This document shows positions 62,220-64,000 of a DNA stretch of 64,000 bases, piece by piece. Source of the stretch: Podarcis filfolensis (taxonomy: Eukaryota); the NCBI GenBank assembly GCA_964270895.1, contig OZ185435.1. One strand, given 5' to 3'. The position numbers and the translations under genes were made by a program. Within the stretch, counting starts at the first letter, position 1; each line of letters starts with the position of its first letter. The notes below the pieces were generated by a model. It worked only from the letters and a program-made list of their open reading frames with translations, did no database searches and had not been told where the DNA came from.

Positions 62220-62530
62220 CATGGGTAAGCAAACTAAGGCCCGGGGGAAAAGATCCGGCCCAATCGCCTTCTAAATCCGGCTTGCGAATCAGCATGTTTT
62301 TACATGAGTAGAATGTGTCCTTTTATTTAAAATGCACCTCTGGGTTGTGGGGCCTGCCTGGTGTTTTTACATGCGTAGAATGTGTGCCTTAATGCATGAA
62401 TCTGGGGGTTATTTGTGGGGCTTGAGAATTTGTTCATTCCCCCCCCCCCTGAAAAAAATATAGTCCGGCCCCCCACAAGGTCGGAGGGACAGTGGACCAG
62501 CGCTCTGCTGAAAAAGTTTGCTGACCCCTG
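62220..62530. mobile_element. hAT (Charlie-like) non-autonomous element
   Basis: TIR CATGGGTAAGCAAACT vs CAGGGGTCAGCAAACT (14/16); gctatg on both flanks; internal duplication. Confidence 0.8.
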
Positions 62531-63772
62531 GCTATGCACACCTATAAAATACACACAAGCAGGAAGAAACAGACTTTGCAGCATAAGCATATCCCAACAT
62601 TACAGATATATGCAAATGCGCTGTTCCAGATAGGGCTATGTGCTCCTCGAAGCAGTTTACTATAAGTGTAACTGTTCAGTGGAAAAGGAACTGCATGTTC
62701 AAATACACGCTATGTACACATTTGACTTATTGTTTAAATTTAAACTAATATCCCATTAGTGTTTATTATGCTTCTATATTATAAAATATAAGTGATACTA
62801 AGTATAATGTCCTGGTCAAAATAACAAAAACAAAGCAAAACAAAGCAAAACAACCACCACCACCCCTGATTTACCTTGGGTCAGTTGTACTCTCAGCCTA
62901 AGCAACCTCACAATATTTGTGAAGGGGGGCCTGTGGAGAGGAGAGAAAATGTATACTACCTTGAACTTCTTGGAAGAAAGGCAGCATACAATAAATGAAA
63001 TAAATAAATCAAAATGACCACGAGGGTCGCCACTAAGAATCTCATTAGTTTTTTTTCATCCACTCTTTCTTAATCTTTAGGGAAAAGCACCATGTTTTGC
63101 TCACCACCAGAAGAAGATCCCCCTCTTTCCTATGTTTCCCCTTCTATTGAAAAGGGGCAAGGTATCAAATGCACACATAGGTTGGGAGTGCTGAAAATAT
63201 TCCTAGCCTTTCAAACCTAAAGAAAGCATGGTATCTGAAATATAAGCCATTTGTTATGATATCTGGATTAATGGACCTGATCCTGTGGAAGTGGGCATAT
63301 GGAGTGTTATAAACATACACATTCTTACCTAAGCCAAGCCACCTTCTCTGCATTCTGTATCTGACAAACAACAATGACCCTGCTCAGAAGTTTTTAAAGG
63401 CTATTTTGCTTTGAATCATAGACTCTCAAGCTGTTTCAAAACCAGTTTGCTATGCACCCATGCTCTATAGCAAGCTAGTTTTGAAACGCCCTTCAAAGTA
63501 AAGTATCAAACATTGGGCTAGAGTATTACAAGCTCCTTGCATAATTACCCTAAGCAGTACCTAGATTCCACTGAGTATTCCCCATTTCCAACTGAAAAAT
63601 CCATCCACCATGATACTCCTAGGCAACCTTCTGGAAAATTATATTTGTGCCAACAAAATGGCCTTCCTACTGCATACCAACTTGCTACAATGGAGACTGA
63701 CATAAAAAAAACACACGTAAAAATTAAATGAGACTTGCATCCCTTCTCTTTCACAACATAAAACAGGAAATG

Positions 63773-63773
<1 letters not shown>

Positions 63774-63811
<38 letters not shown>
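63774..63811. repeat. (CA)19 microsatellite
   Basis: Direct inspection. Confidence 0.95.
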
Positions 63812-63812
<1 letters not shown>

Positions 63813-64000
63813 CCTATTCACAGCTTGTTTTCTTAAAAAAATATACCCAAATCAGTAGGCTCCCAACTGCATTTTGCTCTAAATATGTCACATCTACTTA
63901 TTTAAATAGGAGATTCTTAATCACATGCTGGGACCTTACCACTGAAACCAATTAGAGTTAAACTGCAAACTTATTAGTCTCTGGGACAGCATTCCATGGG

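Noticed and set aside
63548-63696. Possible minus-strand exon (SIVASWYAVGRPFCWHKYNFPEG...) upstream of candidate exon A
   Set aside because: Its only open frame ends in phase 2, which forces exon A into a frame that stops in exon E; it is incompatible with the A-E-F chain, so it was not included.
57450-64000. SHANK2 3' exons expected by synteny
   Set aside because: No SHANK2 SAM-domain or other recognisable coding sequence in the window; the gene probably lies beyond 64000.

Overview
Vertebrate genomic DNA, almost certainly a squamate reptile and probably a lacertid lizard, inferred from Sauria-type SINEs, L2/CR1 LINE fragments and TA-flanked MITEs. Two multi-exon genes lie in tandem on the + strand; all exon boundaries and phases were checked by hand. 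(1) The 3' half of PPFIA1 (liprin-alpha-1): 16 coding exons at 960-21001 giving 674 aa in frame, including three SAM domains and the C-terminal TVRTYSC, then a terminal exon at 22288-~23680. (2) The complete CTTN (cortactin) gene: CpG-island promoter at ~27.6-28.7 kb, 16 coding exons at 31561-55799 (556 aa: NTA/DDW, 6.5 repeats, helix, Pro-rich region, SH3) and a poly(A) signal at 57415. Most entries in the ORF track are spurious. Highlights: three frame-preserving PPFIA1 cassette/microexons that the ORF track misses, one carrying the VWV CASK-binding motif; a skippable stop-codon exon that would swap the PDZ-binding tail for VYPHYFYR; a very weak GC donor and long AG-exclusion zone on the cortactin repeat-6 exon; CArG+ETS and double AP-1 elements at CTTN; a solo LTR with perfect TSD; and a chain of candidate minus-strand exons downstream of CTTN that may be an unannotated transcript. 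No prokaryotic-type systems, CRISPR arrays, rRNA or true tRNA genes were found.
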